Position numbers and translations under genes: made by a program
The notes under the pieces: model-generated
The model's input: only the letters and a program-made list of their open reading frames with translations
What the model was told of the DNA's origin: nothing
The model's database searches: none
Origin: Camelus dromedarius
Lineage: Eukaryota
Assembly: GCF_036321535.1 (NCBI RefSeq)
Contig: NC_087438.1
Coordinates: 4,652,001-4,716,000 of the forward strand
Direction of reading: 5' to 3'
Length of the DNA: 64,000 nt
Shown here: in pieces, positions 22,612-36,228 of the stretch
Layout: every line of letters starts with the position of its first letter
Numbering within the stretch: position 1 is the first letter of the stretch

Positions 22612-25355
22612 CTTTTAAAAAACATTTTTTTACTTGAAGTATAGTTGTTTTACAATGTTGTGTTAGTTTCAGGTTAGACTTAGTTATATATATACATACA
22701 TACATGTATAACTAAAAATTAAATTTTTTTTTGTTCCAGTTCTGTGAAAAATGCCATTGGTAATTTGATAGGGATTGCATTAAGTCTGTATATTGCCTTG
22801 GGTAATATGGCCATTTTAACAATATTGTGTCTTTCAATCCAAGGACATGGTATATCTTTCCATCTGTTTATGTCGTCTTCAATTCCTTTCACCAGCATCT
22901 TATAGTTTTCAGAGCACAGGTCTTTTTCCTCTTTAGGTAGGTTTATTCCTAGGTATTTTATTCTTTTTGACGTGATGGTAAATGAGATGGTCTTCTTAAT
23001 TTCTTTTTCTGGTATGTTGTTGTTAGTGTATAGAAATGCAACAGAATTCTGGGTATTAATTTTGTATTCTGCGCCTTTACCGAGTTCATCAGTGAGTTCT
23101 AGCAGTTTTTTGGCAGCATCTTTAGGATTTTCTATGTATTGTATCATGCCATCGGCAAACAGTGATGGTTTATTTCCCCTTTTCCAATTTCGATTCCTTT
23201 TATTAATTTATTTTTTCTCCGATTGCTGCGGCTATGACTTCCAAAATTATGTTGAGTAAAAGTGGTAAGAGTGGGCATCCTTGTCTTGTTTCTGATCTTA
23301 GAGGAAATGCTTTCAGCTTTTCACCATTCAGTGTGATGTCAGCTGTGGGTTTGTCATATGTGGTCTTTATTATGTTGAGGTATGTCCCCTCTGTGCCCAC
23401 TTTCTGGAAAATTTTATTAAGAGCTTTTTCTACATCTATTGACGTAGTCACATGGTTTTTGTTTTTCAGTTTGCTAATGTGGTGTATCACATTGTGTGGT
23501 TTGTGGATATTGAAAAATTCTTGCACGCCTGGGATAAATAGCACTTGATCATGGCAGCATGATCCCACTAATGTATTGTTGGATTTGTCTGGCTAGTATT
23601 TTGCGTCTGTGTTCATCAGTGATACTGGCCTGTGATTTTCCTTTTTCTGTAATATTTTTGTTTTGCTAGCAGAGTGCTGGTGGACTCATAGAATGGGTTT
23701 GGAAATCTTCCTTCTTCTTCAGTTTTTTGGAATAGTTTCAGAAGGATATGTGTTGACTCTTCTCTAAATATTTGGTAGAATTCACCTGGGAAGCCATCTA
23801 GTCCTGGACTTTTGTTTGGTGGGAATTTTAAAGTTACTGATTCAATTTCAGTCCTGGTAACTGGTCTGTTCATATTTTCTATTTCCTCCTGGTTCAGTCT
23901 TGGGAGATTGTACCTTTCCAAGAATATGTCCATTTCTTCTAGGTTGTCCATTTTATTGATGTATGGTTGCTTGCAGCAGCCTCTTGGGATCTTTTGTAAT
24001 AAGATGGTGTCAGTTGTAACTTCTCCTTTTCCATTTCTGATTTTATTGACTTGGGCTCTCTCCCTTTTTTTCTCAATGATCTGGCTAAAGGTTTGTCAAT
24101 TTTGTTTATCTTTTCAAAGAGCCAGCTTTTAGTTTCATTGATCTTCTCTATTTTTTAATTCTCTATTTCATTCATTTCTACTCTAATATTTATGATTCCT
24201 TTCCTTCTACTAACTTTGGGTTTTGTTTGTTCTTTCTCTAGTTGCTTTAGGTGTTAAGGTTAGTTTGTTTATTTGAGATTTTTCTTGTTTCTTGAAGTAA
24301 ACTTGTATAGCTATAAACTTCTCTCCGAGAACTGCTTTTGCTGAGTCTCATAGGTTTTGGGCTGTCATGTTTTCATTTTCATTTATCGCTAGGTATCATT
24401 GATTTCCTCAGGGATCCATTGGTCATTTAGTAGCTTACTTTCTAGCCTCCACGTATCTGGTTTTTGAAAAAAATTTTTTGTAGTTATTTGTAGTCTCATA
24501 GCATTGTGGCTGGAAGAGATGCCTGATACGATTTCTGTTTTCTTAAATTTACTGACTCTTGTTTTGTGGCCTATTATGTGGTCTGTCCTGGAGGCTGTTC
24601 CTTGTGCATTTGAAAGGCATTCTGCTGCATTTGTGTGGAATACTCTATAAATGTCGATTAAGTCCAATTGATCTAATGTGTTATTTAAGGTCTATGTTTC
24701 TTTACTGATTTTCTATCTGAATGATCTGCCACTGATGTAAGTGGGATGTTAAAGTCCCCTACTATTACTGTATTATTGTCAGTTTTTCCTTTTATGTTTG
24801 TAAATATTTGCCTTAATATTGAGGTGTTCTGTTGGGTGCATATATATTTGCACTTGTTATATCTTCTTCTTGGATTGATTCCTTGATCATTGTGTCATTG
24901 TGTAGTGTCCTTCTTTTTCTCTTGTAACCATCTTTATTTTAAAATCTATTTTGTCTGGTGTAAATATTGACACTCCAGCTTTTTAAAAAACTTCCATTTG
25001 CACAGAATACCTTTTTTCACTCCCTCACTTTTAGTCTGTATGTGTCTCTAGATTTGAAATGAGTCTCTTGTAGGCAGTAAATGTATAGGTCTTATTTTCG
25101 TACCCATTCAGTCTGTGTCTTTTGGTTAGAGCATTAGCCTGTTTATATCTAAGGTAATTATTGATATGTATGTTCTTATTGACATTTTGTTGTTTTGTAT
25201 TTGTTTTTGTAGGTCTTTTTCCTCCTTTTCTTCTTTTATTCTCTTGTGATTTGGTGACTATCTACAGTGTTATGTTTGGATCCTTTTTTCTTTTTTGTGT
25301 GTATACCTATTATAGACTTTTTGTTTGCAGTTACCGTGTTTTGGTATATCAGTCT
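22612..25355 (-). mobile_element. Degraded LINE-1: 3' tail, ORF2 endonuclease-to-RT region and inter-ORF sequence; internally deleted
   Basis: Antisense artiodactyl L1 end 'ttgaagtatagttg.tttacaatgttgtgttagtttcagg', followed by ORF2-derived sequence. Confidence 0.95.
22719..24800 (-). pseudogene. LINE-1 ORF2p (endonuclease/reverse transcriptase) remnant with frameshifts and stops
   Basis: ORF-track peptides [83 protein letters not shown]; the RT motif FADD reads FADG at 23148-23159. Confidence 0.95.
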
Positions 25356-25894
25356 GATTAAACTAATCTAATTAAACTGTAGTGGATTATATTTGACATA
25401 AAACATCCAGTGCTAAGTATTTATGAATTCAGCTTTATAAGATTAACAAAGCATTCATTTGGGAATGTGTACTTTTCAAGAACACATGTTGCACAGTCTT
25501 TTACCTTTGTAGTAACAAACATCATTTACATACTAATTTCTGATTTCACTCTGGATTTGAATTGCATGAAAATGGACCTGCACTTTTTCTATAAGTTTGA
25601 TAAGAATTGAGCTCAACTCTTCTTCTCAATGTGTTAAATTCAAGGTACCTATTAACAACATTTAAGGTACATGATAAGGAATCTTGAAAGTTGGGAAATG
25701 CCTCTTGCATCTTGCTAACAGTCTTCTAATTCAGTTACATCACTTAGAGACAAATAATAATTACGTAAATGTTCATACCATTTTCTTCATAATTGTAGTT
25801 CTTACCACTAGACTTAGTCTATCTTGGTCATTTTTCCTGCTTTTTCAACCTGAGCACTAGCAGCACAATCCATTCCTGTTTTCTCTGAACTGAC

Positions 25895-26272
25895 TTCTTG
25901 TGGGAAAATTGGATTCCCAAGAGACTATGACTTCCATCTCGCTCTTTCTGACTCTTCTTATCTCTTGCTTTGAGGAAAACAGCTGCAATGTTTTGAGCTT
26001 CCCATTGGAATAGCCCAGTTGGCAAGGACCTGAGTACAGCCTCTGACCAACAATCCACAAGGAAAGAATCCTGCCAGCAATCAAGTGAGTGGGGAGGTCT
26101 TTCTCCAGTTGAGCCTTGAGATGACTGCAACCTGTGAGAGACCCTGATGGAGGGGACTCAGCTAAGATACAACTGGAGTCCTGACCCTAAAAACTGAAAG
26201 ATGATAAATGTTTGCGACTTTAAGTTGCTGTGTTTTGGGGTAATTTGTTATGCAGCAATAGATAACTAATAC
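25895..26272 (+). mobile_element. MLT1E-like MaLR solo LTR
   Basis: 'ccagttgagccttgagatgactgca', ends 'ggggtaatttgttatgcagcaatagataactaataca'. Confidence 0.88.
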
Positions 26273-27467
26273 ACCTCCACCACCAATATATAACTCATGC
26301 ATCCTTCTGCTGGGTGACTCTCCTTGTGCTCCCTGAAGCACAGGTTAGCTGTTACTTCCTTTGGGAAGCCTCATGTCTGAGACGTGGTTAGTTGTGATTC
26401 TCTCTGCTCCCCTGGCATCCTGGCCAAGGGCTTTGGCATCCTCATCACAGAAAAGTTGCCTGTTTCTTGTCTGTCCTCAGGGTTTCGTGAACAGGGTCTC
26501 TTCCCTACTGTTATTTATTCTGCCCTCTTCCAAATTGATCAGGATGATTTCTCAACAGGGTGTTTAGGAAACATAAGAACATGGAAAAGTTGTTAAGACT
26601 GTGATTTAAGGACCTTAGGGAAGTCACGGGAAATATCCTGCAGAAATACCAGTGGTTAGTCGTGAGAAGGTTGACCTTTGTAACCTTCTGTGTGTTTGTT
26701 CCTCAATCCCAAACAGTGCCGGCTCTGTGTCCATCACTCCGACACCTCACTGTCCAGCCACAATGCTCACCCTCAGTCTGTGATATTTGATCCTGGCTCA
26801 CAGCCAGTGCTGATTTATTAGAGCCAGACAGTAGTGCTAGTGAGATTCTCCCAAGAGGGAATCTGTAATTTTGAATGTAAAAGCTCAGGGAGTTGGAGGC
26901 CCTGGGGCTGAGTCAGGGTGTGATATTGACACAGGGCACGTCTCCTTCTAGCTGGAATACAGAGCAGCTCTAATGAGTTCTACAGAAAGCAATTTCTTGG
27001 GACCTGGGTATGAGAATATGCTAGAGACATCTGCAATGGATAGTGCAGCTGAGAATACACACGTGACCTAAGCTTTGTGTGGAGCTCTGCTCTTGAGCAC
27101 AGCGATGCCAGGGTGCAATTAATCCACTGGCAGCGTTGACACCTTGATAGGACTAAAGCATGGTTCCCACTGCTAGAGATCTTCTCAACCTGTTGGAGCT
27201 TCTCTGTCTGTTTCTCTAGGATTTTCTTTGATATTATTACCTTCTCTACATTGTCCCCTGCTAAGCTGGTATTGTGTCTCCAGGAAACCCTTGTTTGTTT
27301 GGTAACAGGTAGATTTCACTGAATCCTTTCCATCTTGGTGGGAGCAATTGTCTCTTTACTGAATGAACACTCATGCTGGATTTGCAGTTTTATTTTCTGC
27401 CTGCCTGTTAGCAGGACCACAGGCGGAATCAAAGGATGCCTTCCATGTGATCATGTTAGTCTACAAC

Positions 27468-27755
27468 GTATCTGTCAGAGGTTGCTTTTGCTCCATGAGG
27501 CAGACAGCTGAGTACAACAGCCACACCACACAGGTTTTGTTTTGGTTTTATCCTTCATGTAATGAGGAGCCTGGAGGGAGGCGGCCCAGGATCGGTGCCA
27601 GGCACATAGTATCAATATCCCCACCTTCTTCTGTCTTTCTGCTCCTCAGATGATACTACAGCCTTATTCCAGGTGGGAAGAAGGGCAAAGTTGAAAGGCA
27701 AAAGGCCTTTACCAGTTGAGTTTGTCTTTTTTGTCAAGAAAACAGTTTCCTGGAT
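27468..27755 (-). mobile_element. MLT1K-like MaLR LTR fragment
   Basis: 'ctggagggaggcggcccagg', 'ttccagg.gggaagaaggg..aaaggc..ccagttgagtttgtc'. Confidence 0.55.
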
Positions 27756-28037
27756 GTTGTGTCTTCACACCACTGTTCAGTGATGCTGTCTCCTCCACTG
27801 GAAGGTGAGCAGTGTGAGGGCAGGGATCACCTCATGGTGTCACTTTGTGTTCTCAGTACCAATCCCAGGGACCTGCACAATGAATGTACCAAATGGATAA
27901 GAGATAAGTGGGTTCCTTATCCCTTATGCTCCTGTGGTCTGCAGGAGAGCCCTGGGCTGGAGGTCAACAATGGATGAGTGGGCTGTCGTCCCGAAACCAC
28001 TGACAGTAGCTGGAACTCCGTGGCTTCAGCACCCCAC

Positions 28038-28266
28038 TGTGTGTGTGTATGTGTGTGTGTGTGTGTGTGAATTTGTGTGAGCACCTGTGAGAGGGTGTGT
28101 GAGTGTGTAAGTATGTGTGGTGTGCACTGTGTGAGCATATGTATGCATGTATGTAAGCATGTGTATGCTGCACATGTGTCAGTGAGTGAAAGTGTGTTCA
28201 TGCACATGTCTGGATGTGTGTGTGTGGATGAGTGCGTGGTGTGTGCACATGTATGCATGTGTGTGT
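28038..28266. repeat. Degenerate (TG)n microsatellite
   Basis: Long interrupted tgtgtg/gtatgcatgt tract. Confidence 0.95.
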
Positions 28267-28319
28267 CTTTTCTTTGGCTTTGTTTGAATTGCGAAGTGTC
28301 AATAAATTAATCAAATTTA

Positions 28320-31210
28320 CTGCATTCCGTGATTAATTCTGATGCCTTTAAAAAGAGGTTATTTGATATTTTTTCTAAGAAGTACAGTGATGTCTTTTAA
28401 AAAGGACACTTTTGCCCCTTTCCTGGTGGGGTGTCTTCTTTCTAATTCTCACCTTATAATATCTTATGCTCAACTCCCAGAAACACGATAAACACTAGTG
28501 ATCTTGTCAGGCATGATGGTCTAATTCCTGGCTTCAGTGGGAGTCTTAGGTACGATTTTGCCTGTTGATATAAGATAACCATTCTTTATCATGTTAACCA
28601 ACTGTTATTTTTTAAATTCCTGTTTTGTTAAGAATTTTAACCAGTAATAAACATTGAATTACATCAAAAGCCTTTTAAAGCAGCTATTGAAATATTTGTC
28701 TTCTTTTTGCTCTTTTGTGTGATAGATGGATATTGCCGTAAACTCTATATTTCATTGGAATGTTGTTCTGATACACTTTAACTCAATTTGCCAATGTTTT
28801 AGGATTTTATATGTATATGTATGCAACCTCTGTCAAATTTGGCATCTGATTATTTTAGCTAAAGTGAATTTAAAAAACGCTTTATGTTTTCCACATTCTA
28901 TAGCATTGTCATGATCATTTCCTTGCAGCTATGACAAATTACCAAAAAATTTATTAACATATATTTGTGACCTTTTTAAAAATCAACTTTTAATTTTAGA
29001 AGAGTTTTAGATTTGCAAGAAACGCCACAGATAACACTGAGTGTTCCCACCCCCACACCCACTTCCCGTATTGTTACTGTCTTGCTTAGAATGGAAGCTG
29101 TGTTACAGTTTGTGGACCAGTCTCTATGCCTTACTGTTAACTAAACCCCATTCTTGATTCTGATGTCCTCAGTTTTTACCCAATGCCTTTGTCTAAACCA
29201 AGGTCCCACCCTGGACACCACGTTACATTTTGACACTGTGGCTCCTTGTGCTCCTTAGATGCCTCTGGCTGTGGCGGCTATTCAGGTTTTCCTTGTTCTT
29301 GATGACCTTGACAGTTTTGAGGGGTTCTGGTCATGTGTTTTGTTGAATATCCATCCTCTGGGATTTGCCTGAAGTTTTTCTCACGGCTAGAGATGTGTTA
29401 TGGCTTTTGGGGAGGAGGACCACAGAGGTAAAATGCTTTCTTATCATATCGTATCGAGGGCGTGCATGACCAACAGGACTTACCACTGATGATGGTGACC
29501 TTGCTCTCCTGGCTGAGGTCTTGTTCGTCAGGTTTCTCCTCTGTGAAGCTAGCCCCATCCTTCCATTCTTCAGTCTTTGGAAGGAGGCCACTTTGTGCTG
29601 CCCACACTTAAGGGGTGGGGAGTTGTAATTCATCTCCGTGAGGGCAGAGGAACCACGTAATTCATTTAGAATTCTGCAGGGGAGGTTTATCTCTTCACCT
29701 CCATTTATTTATTATTCATTTATTTATTTGTATCAGTATGGACTCAAGGACACTGGTCTTGTACTTGGGTTATGATCCAACGTGGCTTTATTTATTTTAT
29801 TGCTCAAATTATTCCAGTTTTGAGACATTGGAAGTGATTTCAGTTGGCTCCTGTGTCCCTTGACCTTGGGGTTGTCTTTTTTATTTTTTTTCTTTTCCTG
29901 ATCATTCCCTGACTTTCTGGCATTATAAGACATTATAAGGTGCTCCAGGCTCATCTTGCCCTAGAATTAGCCATTTCTCCTAGGAGCCCTGATTTCTTTT
30001 ATTGGAGAATGATATTAGAAACCAGGATCTGGGTTTTGGGTTTGTGCCCTTTTTTGGAGATAATTTTTTATGACAAATATTTTGTATCCTTTTTCAAGTT
30101 GATTTTGATGATTTAATTTTTTTGGAAAACCGTAATTTTTTGTGACATTTTAAATTTAAGCAGCATACACTTGTATAATACAACATTCAAAATTGTTTTT
30201 AAAATGCTATTTCTGTATTATCTCTAGCTGTTTTAAAAATCAACTCCTGGAATAGTTTAGCAAGTCTACTGATTTCTTTTCATTAACGTCTGATTTGAAT
30301 TTACTATTTCTTTCCTCCTGCTTCCCTGGAAATGCATTTCCCCAGATTTTTAAGTTTATGACTTTTTTTTTGAGTAAATGCTTAGTTCACGTAATTTTCT
30401 TCTTCTTCTTTTAATAGTGAATGCATTTAAAGAAATAAAATTTTCTTTTAAATACAGTTTTGGTACATACTCTGAGATTTTGATATATTACAGCCCCAAA
30501 TTAAAATGGTAGACTTCTTAGAAAATTTACTTTTGCTTGCTCTTTAACCAAGAGTTATTTCTGAGGAAGTTTTAAAATCTCTGGAAGGAAGTATTTTATT
30601 TAAGTTTTACTAATGTGTGTTTTTTTCCAATCTTAAGATCACTTTTGGTTAATAATTCTGTTGATACATGTAAGCAGCTTATCTTCTCTTTGTAGAATCA
30701 ACAGAATCAAGTGCATCAATGAATTTGCAATTATATTATTTACATTTCCTGAATCCTTGGTTTAGGCATACTAGATCTGTTTTACACTGAGTCCCGTGTC
30801 CTGCTCTATTTCCTTTCATTTCCTTTTTTTTTTTTTTTAATCAAATGTTCTTTTTTTTAATCTCCTTTTCTGTGCAGATTTTGAGGATAAGCTATTTGTC
30901 TCAAAGACTTCATGACTCTTTCCCTTTGATTTTGGATTATCCCTTAAACTGAAGTGAAGACTCCTCTTTGTCACATTTAATTCATTTTGCCTTGGATTCT
31001 GGTCTGGTGTTGATGTGCTCTGATTTCTTTTTATATGTGTTTTCCTGATGGATCTTCATTCATCTTTTTATTTTTAACTTGTCTGCTTTGTTTTATTCTT
31101 TGTCTGCCTTTTGTAAGCAGCACATAAGATTGATATTATTAACCCAGTTTGAGTGTGTGTGTCCTTTATTAGGTAGGGGGATTTACTTGATTAAATATAT
31201 GGTTGCTATG
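28320..31210 (-). mobile_element. Very old L1M ORF2 remnants (~28320-28970, ~30040-31210)
   Basis: T-rich; 'ttgaattacatcaaaagcctttt..gcagctattgaaat' and 'gcatttaaagaaataaaattttc.tttaaatacag.ttt' resemble antisense L1 ORF2. Confidence 0.6.
28972..30040 (-). mobile_element. L1MC3/L1MD-like 3' UTR inserted in the older L1
   Basis: 'tccttgttcttgatgaccttgacagttttgagg', 'ggggaggaggaccacagaggtaaa.tgc', 'ccctagaattagccatttctcc.aggagccctg'. Confidence 0.85.
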
Positions 31211-31534
31211 CATATATTAAATTACCTTCAACCATCCTCATCTCTTTCCCCTCCTCCTCCTCCTCCTCCTTCCTTTTCTGAAGTCTGCTTTCTGGTGAGG
31301 GGAGCAGCCCAGCTCTCTTGTTTGGGGGGGAACAGTGGTGGAGGGTCCTGGAGTCCGTGCCCAGTGGGGCGTACTAGGATCTCCATAGGGGCTGACCCTC
31401 AGCGTGGCCTCAGGCATTGTCCCTGGCTGCCAAGCCCCCTGCCTCACTAGCGAGCTGGACCCCTGCTATCCTCTAATGAATTCCTTCCCTACTTAAGCTG
31501 GCTGGTGGCAGGTCTCTTCTTACAATTAAGAGAC

Positions 31535-31680
31535 TACTATACAGCACAGGGAACTATATTCAACATCTTGTAATAACCTATAAGGGGAAAAAAATCTAAA
31601 AGAAATAAATCACTTTCCTGTACACTTGAAACATTGTAAATCAACTATACTTCAATACAATTTTAAGATAACTTAAAAAA
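31535..31680 (+). mobile_element. Short artiodactyl-type L1 3' end
   Basis: 'tacagcacagggaactatattcaa.atcttgtaataacctata...cattgtaaatcaactatacttcaat' plus an A tail. Confidence 0.88.
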
Positions 31681-32442
31681 GAAAACCCTGGGATAGCAGG
31701 AATGAAGAGTTAAAGCTCGCAAGACGTGGATTATAGGCGAGCAGGGAGGGAAGCGAGCTTCCTGCTGGTGGCTCCCGGTGCCAGGGATTCAGCAGGCGCA
31801 GGGCCCCCGCGCGGGCGGTGCGAGCACATGATTGCCTCAGCTCTGGGCTCCCGGGAGACGGAGTGATGGTGCCTTTCCTCCTGGGTCACCTGGGTGTATC
31901 CATGACTCTCTTGTGAGGCTGAGTACAGAGGCCGCCTACTAGCCATCACTAGTCCCTTAAAAACATAAAACAAAAAAGCCAATGAAACATTCACATTTCA
32001 AATATAGTATTCATATCGAGTTGCTTCTCACTGAGGTCCTTCAGGTTTCAACGAACTTGTGTTACCACAGGTGAGTGAAGGAGGAAGGTTCTCCTACAAG
32101 GTGTGAGGATTGGCAGAAGCACAAGAACATGTTTCTGGGGACAGTCACCCAGATGCACTAGAGTTGGGAGGTGGCTGCCCATTTCTGGTTGGTGTAAACA
32201 CCAACATTTCTGAACAGGGCAGTCAGTGGTCTCTTTGGAACGATCTATCTTGTTCTGGTACAGAGAATGGAACATGTGGTGTGTGCTCTGAGAGTCTGCT
32301 TCAAAATCCATTTCCATAATTGCTGTAAGTAAAGGGAATTTTCCCAGACACCGACATATGGTTTTTGGTGCTGTTGCCAGTCTTGGTCTCTGTTTTTCTA
32401 GAATCCACCACGTTACACAATTCTGGAGACTTAATTGTATTT

Positions 32443-32916
32443 TGTACTGGTTTCCTATGGCTGCTCTAACAAATGACCACAAATGAAGGGTCTTAAAACA
32501 AGACACATTTTTAATCTTGCAGTTCTGTAGGTCAGAAGTCTGATGCGGGTCTTACTGGGCTAAAATCCAGGCATTGGCAGAGCTTCCGTCCTTTCTGAAA
32601 AGTTCTTGCCCTTTCCAGCCTCTAGAATCTGCCTGTGTTCCTAGGGGGATGGCCCCTTCCTCCATCTGCAAAGTTAACAACTTTGGACTGAGTCCTTCTC
32701 ATCTTGCCATTTCTGTGGTTCTCCCTTCTGAGTAGCTCCTCCTTCATTTCTGACTCTTGTGATTACACTGGGCCCACCTGGATAATCCAGCATAATCTGT
32801 CCATCTCAAAGTCAACTGATTAGCAACCTTAATTCCATTTGCCTGAAACCTAACATATTCACGGGTTCTGGGCTTAGGATGTGGACATCTGTGGGGGGCA
32901 TTCGTTTTTCTAGTAC
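32443..32916 (-). mobile_element. MLT1D-like MaLR solo LTR
   Basis: 'tgtgattacactgggcccacctggataatccag.ataatct..catctcaa.gtcaactgattagcaaccttaattccat'. Confidence 0.9.
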
Positions 32917-33279
32917 TTAATGCCACTGTCCTTCCACGTATGCAGCACTTCATGCTGCTGTGAGACATGGAAGCCCTGCTGACATTGGGAGGACGAGGGG
33001 GGATCCCGACTCTGGCTGCCATGTTACCATAGAAATGGAGAATTTTCTGGCTTGATTTTGAAATGGAACCATTATTTGGTACATAGAGTCCCTCTAACGG
33101 CAGTGCTTCAAGCAGCTCCACAGAGGCTCCTAGCTGCCATGTCGTTTGCTTGAGAGTGGAATTTGTGTAAGAGGCTTCATCATGGACCCAAGTGAGATGG
33201 CTTAAGTATGGAGAAGGCTCAGAGGTGTCCGCCCTTTTCTGGGACAGTTACACAGCTCACTTTCACATCCATCTTTAAA

Positions 33280-33700
33280 ATTTTTTTTAAACTTAAAGAT
33301 AATTTTAAGCTTACAGAAAGGTTGCAAAGATAGCACAAAGAGTCCCTGTGTACCACTCACCCAGCATGCTACCTTGTATAACCACAGTACAGTTTCAAAA
33401 CTGAGAAACTAATGCTGGTGCATTACTCTTAGCTGAGTTACATTCAAGTTGGATTTCACCATTTTTCTGCTAATATCCTGTTCTGTTCAGTACTGAACCC
33501 AGAATCCACACTGCATATTGTTGTTACAACTCCTTGTCTATTCAGTCTGTGACAGGCCTCAGTCTTTCCTGGTCTTTATGCTCTTGCCATGTTTGAAGAG
33601 CAGTGGTCAGGTGTTCTGTAAAATGTCCCTCCATTTGGGGTTATCTTATCTCTTCTTGCAATTAGATTGAAGTTATGCATTTTGAAGAACACCACACACA
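33280..33700 (-). mobile_element. L1MC4/5-like 3' fragment
   Basis: 'ataattttaagcttacagaaaggttgcaaagatagcaca.agagt', 'tgtaaaatgtccctccatttggg'. Confidence 0.8.
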
Positions 33701-33749
33701 ATTTGTAACCTGAATTCTGTGAATATTTAGATGTTTTTGTAGCCTTTAT

Positions 33750-36075
33750 CCTGACCTCCCACGAGTGACATGCCCCTTTGCATTATCTCCTGACCTTTGG
33801 CCTCCAGTAGAACTTAACCGCTCATCATTTTCCCAACTCGGATGGCCCTTTCCTCCAGTGTATTCGCTGACACACACACATGGCTTGGCTGCCACTCAAA
33901 ATTTCACGTGTAAGACCGTAGCTCCTGGGGCTACCTTTCCCCAACAGAATCTCTCATTCAGATGCTTTGTGTTTTCACTCATTCCAAACTTGGTATTTTT
34001 CCTCATTCTGACCTCATGTCACACTTTTCCCTTTCCCTCCCCCGCCTCTCTCCAAAGGTTAGTTTGAAGGTGACATGAGGTGAGGGAGGAGCACGACACT
34101 GAGTCTAGCAAGTGATTCGTGGATGGGAGTCAGCAGTGGTAATAGCCAGCCTTTTTCTGGCTTTGACTGTCTCCTTTTCAGTCCATCTCCTAAACATCTG
34201 TCACCCATGGCTGTCACAGGCAAAGAACGAACCTTGTTCCTGCCTTCCTCATTTTCCCTGGGTGAGTTCAGCCAGCCATCCTTTTGCTTTCTGTTCATAC
34301 TGAGCAAAAACAAACAAGGAAACGAAAAACTAAAACACAAGAAAGCAAGAGTAATCTTGCTAATTGGCTAATTGGTTCTGCTAACATTAGAGATAAACTA
34401 TTGTGCCTTAGCTGAGACCCAGTACTGTAAGACTCTCTTTTACCCATTTTTAGGTACTTTCCCTTTGCTCTAATCCCTAAATGGATCTTTTTGCTACACA
34501 TCCCTCGAAAAAGTCAAATAGCATCTTTCCGCTTGCTTGGAAGTCCTCCTGCTCACAGTTTACCTGGGTCCTTCCTTCCTTCTCGCTGTTTTGAAGAGGA
34601 GGTTTAGTCTTTTTCCTGAGATGTTCACCAGATGCTCTGTTCCAATCTGCCACCTTTCCCTGCCCCAGCCCCCACGCCCCGCGTCAGCAATCACCCTTCC
34701 TCTGACTCTTGCAGGTCCTTTCTGTGGCCTTCCCTACAGGCTTCCTCCCCAAAACAAAGATGCTAACATCTCCTCTGTTACAGGGTCTCTAGCTTGCCTT
34801 ACCCACCTCCTTTCTCATCAGAGTTCTCAAAAGAATGAAATCATGCTCTGCCTGCAGGTCCCCATTGCCATTCATGTCTTACATTAAAATCTGACTCCCC
34901 ACCCCCACCCCCGGCCCTTAACGCTGCTGGAACTCTTCAACCTGATTGCTGCATGTAATAACATTTTAAATTCTGCTAGGGATGACTGTGGCATTTGTCA
35001 CAACTCACCAGATGTTCCTTTCGGAAGTTCACGCCTCCTCTGATTCCCATGGAACTGCAGTTTTGGGTAATTTCTCAGCTCTTACTGTTAATCCTCCGCT
35101 TCCATTGGAAGCTCAGTTCCGTGTCTTCAATTTTAATGGCATCTGTGGTTCTCCTCTCTCCTCCCTCCATCTCTCCCTGGGTTCCCTCATTGCTTTCTAT
35201 GGCTTTGACCATCACTTCAATGCAAAGGACTCAGCGTCTGTATTTCTAGTCCTGGCTCCATCTTGAGATCCCTCTCTCAGCCCCGAACCCACAGATCCCA
35301 GGTGCAGACACATCACCTTTGCTTTCTCCCTCCTGTTCTTACATCCTGTTCCTCTTGCAGGAAGGAGCTGCACAGGACAGAGCTTCAGGTTTTTTATGAG
35401 ACATTCTTTCTACCACCTAGCCAGTGATCAATGGGAGCTTTGAAGCAGCATTTAGCTCAATTTATCTCTTTGTATCTCTTTCCTTCCTTGTCTTTTTGTT
35501 TTCCTTTTTCATGAAGGAGCCCCCTGGTTTCCATTCTTCTGATACCGTGTCCCCCTGGTTCCTTTGCCCAATGTGCATACTACCCGAGTGCCAGTAAACC
35601 CCTGCAACTGCAGCTCTGATGCAAACCTCTCTGCTGTGCTCCAGGCAGAGGAGTGGTCTTTCCCTTTGGATAGACCACAAGCATCTCAGACTCGAGATGT
35701 CCAGCGGAATTAATTTTGCTTCCCTTGAAAACTCTCCTTCTCCAGATTCCCTTGTTCAGGGGATGCAGTGGGTCCAGAAAGCAGAAGTCATCTGACCCTT
35801 TTCCCTCCCACTCACCCCCAGCAAAGGACTAGATACCACCCTCTCAGTAGCCCTCCCATCTGTCCTCTCCTATCACCTCTGGTTCCATTGCCTTAGTTCT
35901 CGTCCCAGTAGCTTCCTCACTGGCCCACTCTCTCCAATTCTTTTCCCTCTTCTAGCCCAAGCATCCTGCAAAAGCCAGAGGAGAGATTTCTAAAGTGTGA
36001 ATTCCGTCTGGTCCCTCTCCCGACTATAATCATTCAGAGGGGCTCTCCATCTCCTTCAGGGTGAAATCTTCTTAG
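33750..36075 (+). mobile_element. L2 ORF2/3' region remnants, fragmented
   Basis: 'ctccctgggttccctcat..ctatggctttgaccatcac..atgcaaaggactc..tctgtatttctag' and 'cacaagcatctcagactc.a.atgtcca' are L2 motifs. Confidence 0.7.
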
Positions 36076-36082
36076 AATAGTT

Positions 36083-36228
36083 AATGTGTAATAAATATAT
36101 AATAAATATTATAATATAAATATATATTTATATACACATACTTAAATATATAAAATAAATATAATTATATAAGAATATTATATAATAATATTGATAAATA
36201 CACAATAGTATATATAATAATAATAAAA
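36083..36228. repeat. AT-rich simple repeat
   Basis: (TA/AAT)-rich low-complexity tract. Confidence 0.9.

Noticed and set aside
22719..24667. Reverse transcriptase/endonuclease-like ORFs as an active or novel RT system
   Set aside because: Ordinary LINE-1 ORF2, fragmented by frameshifts, with the catalytic FADD changed to FADG
27917..28310. His/Thr-rich and Cys/Val-rich ORFs resembling metal-binding proteins
   Set aside because: Translations of the (CA/TG)n microsatellite
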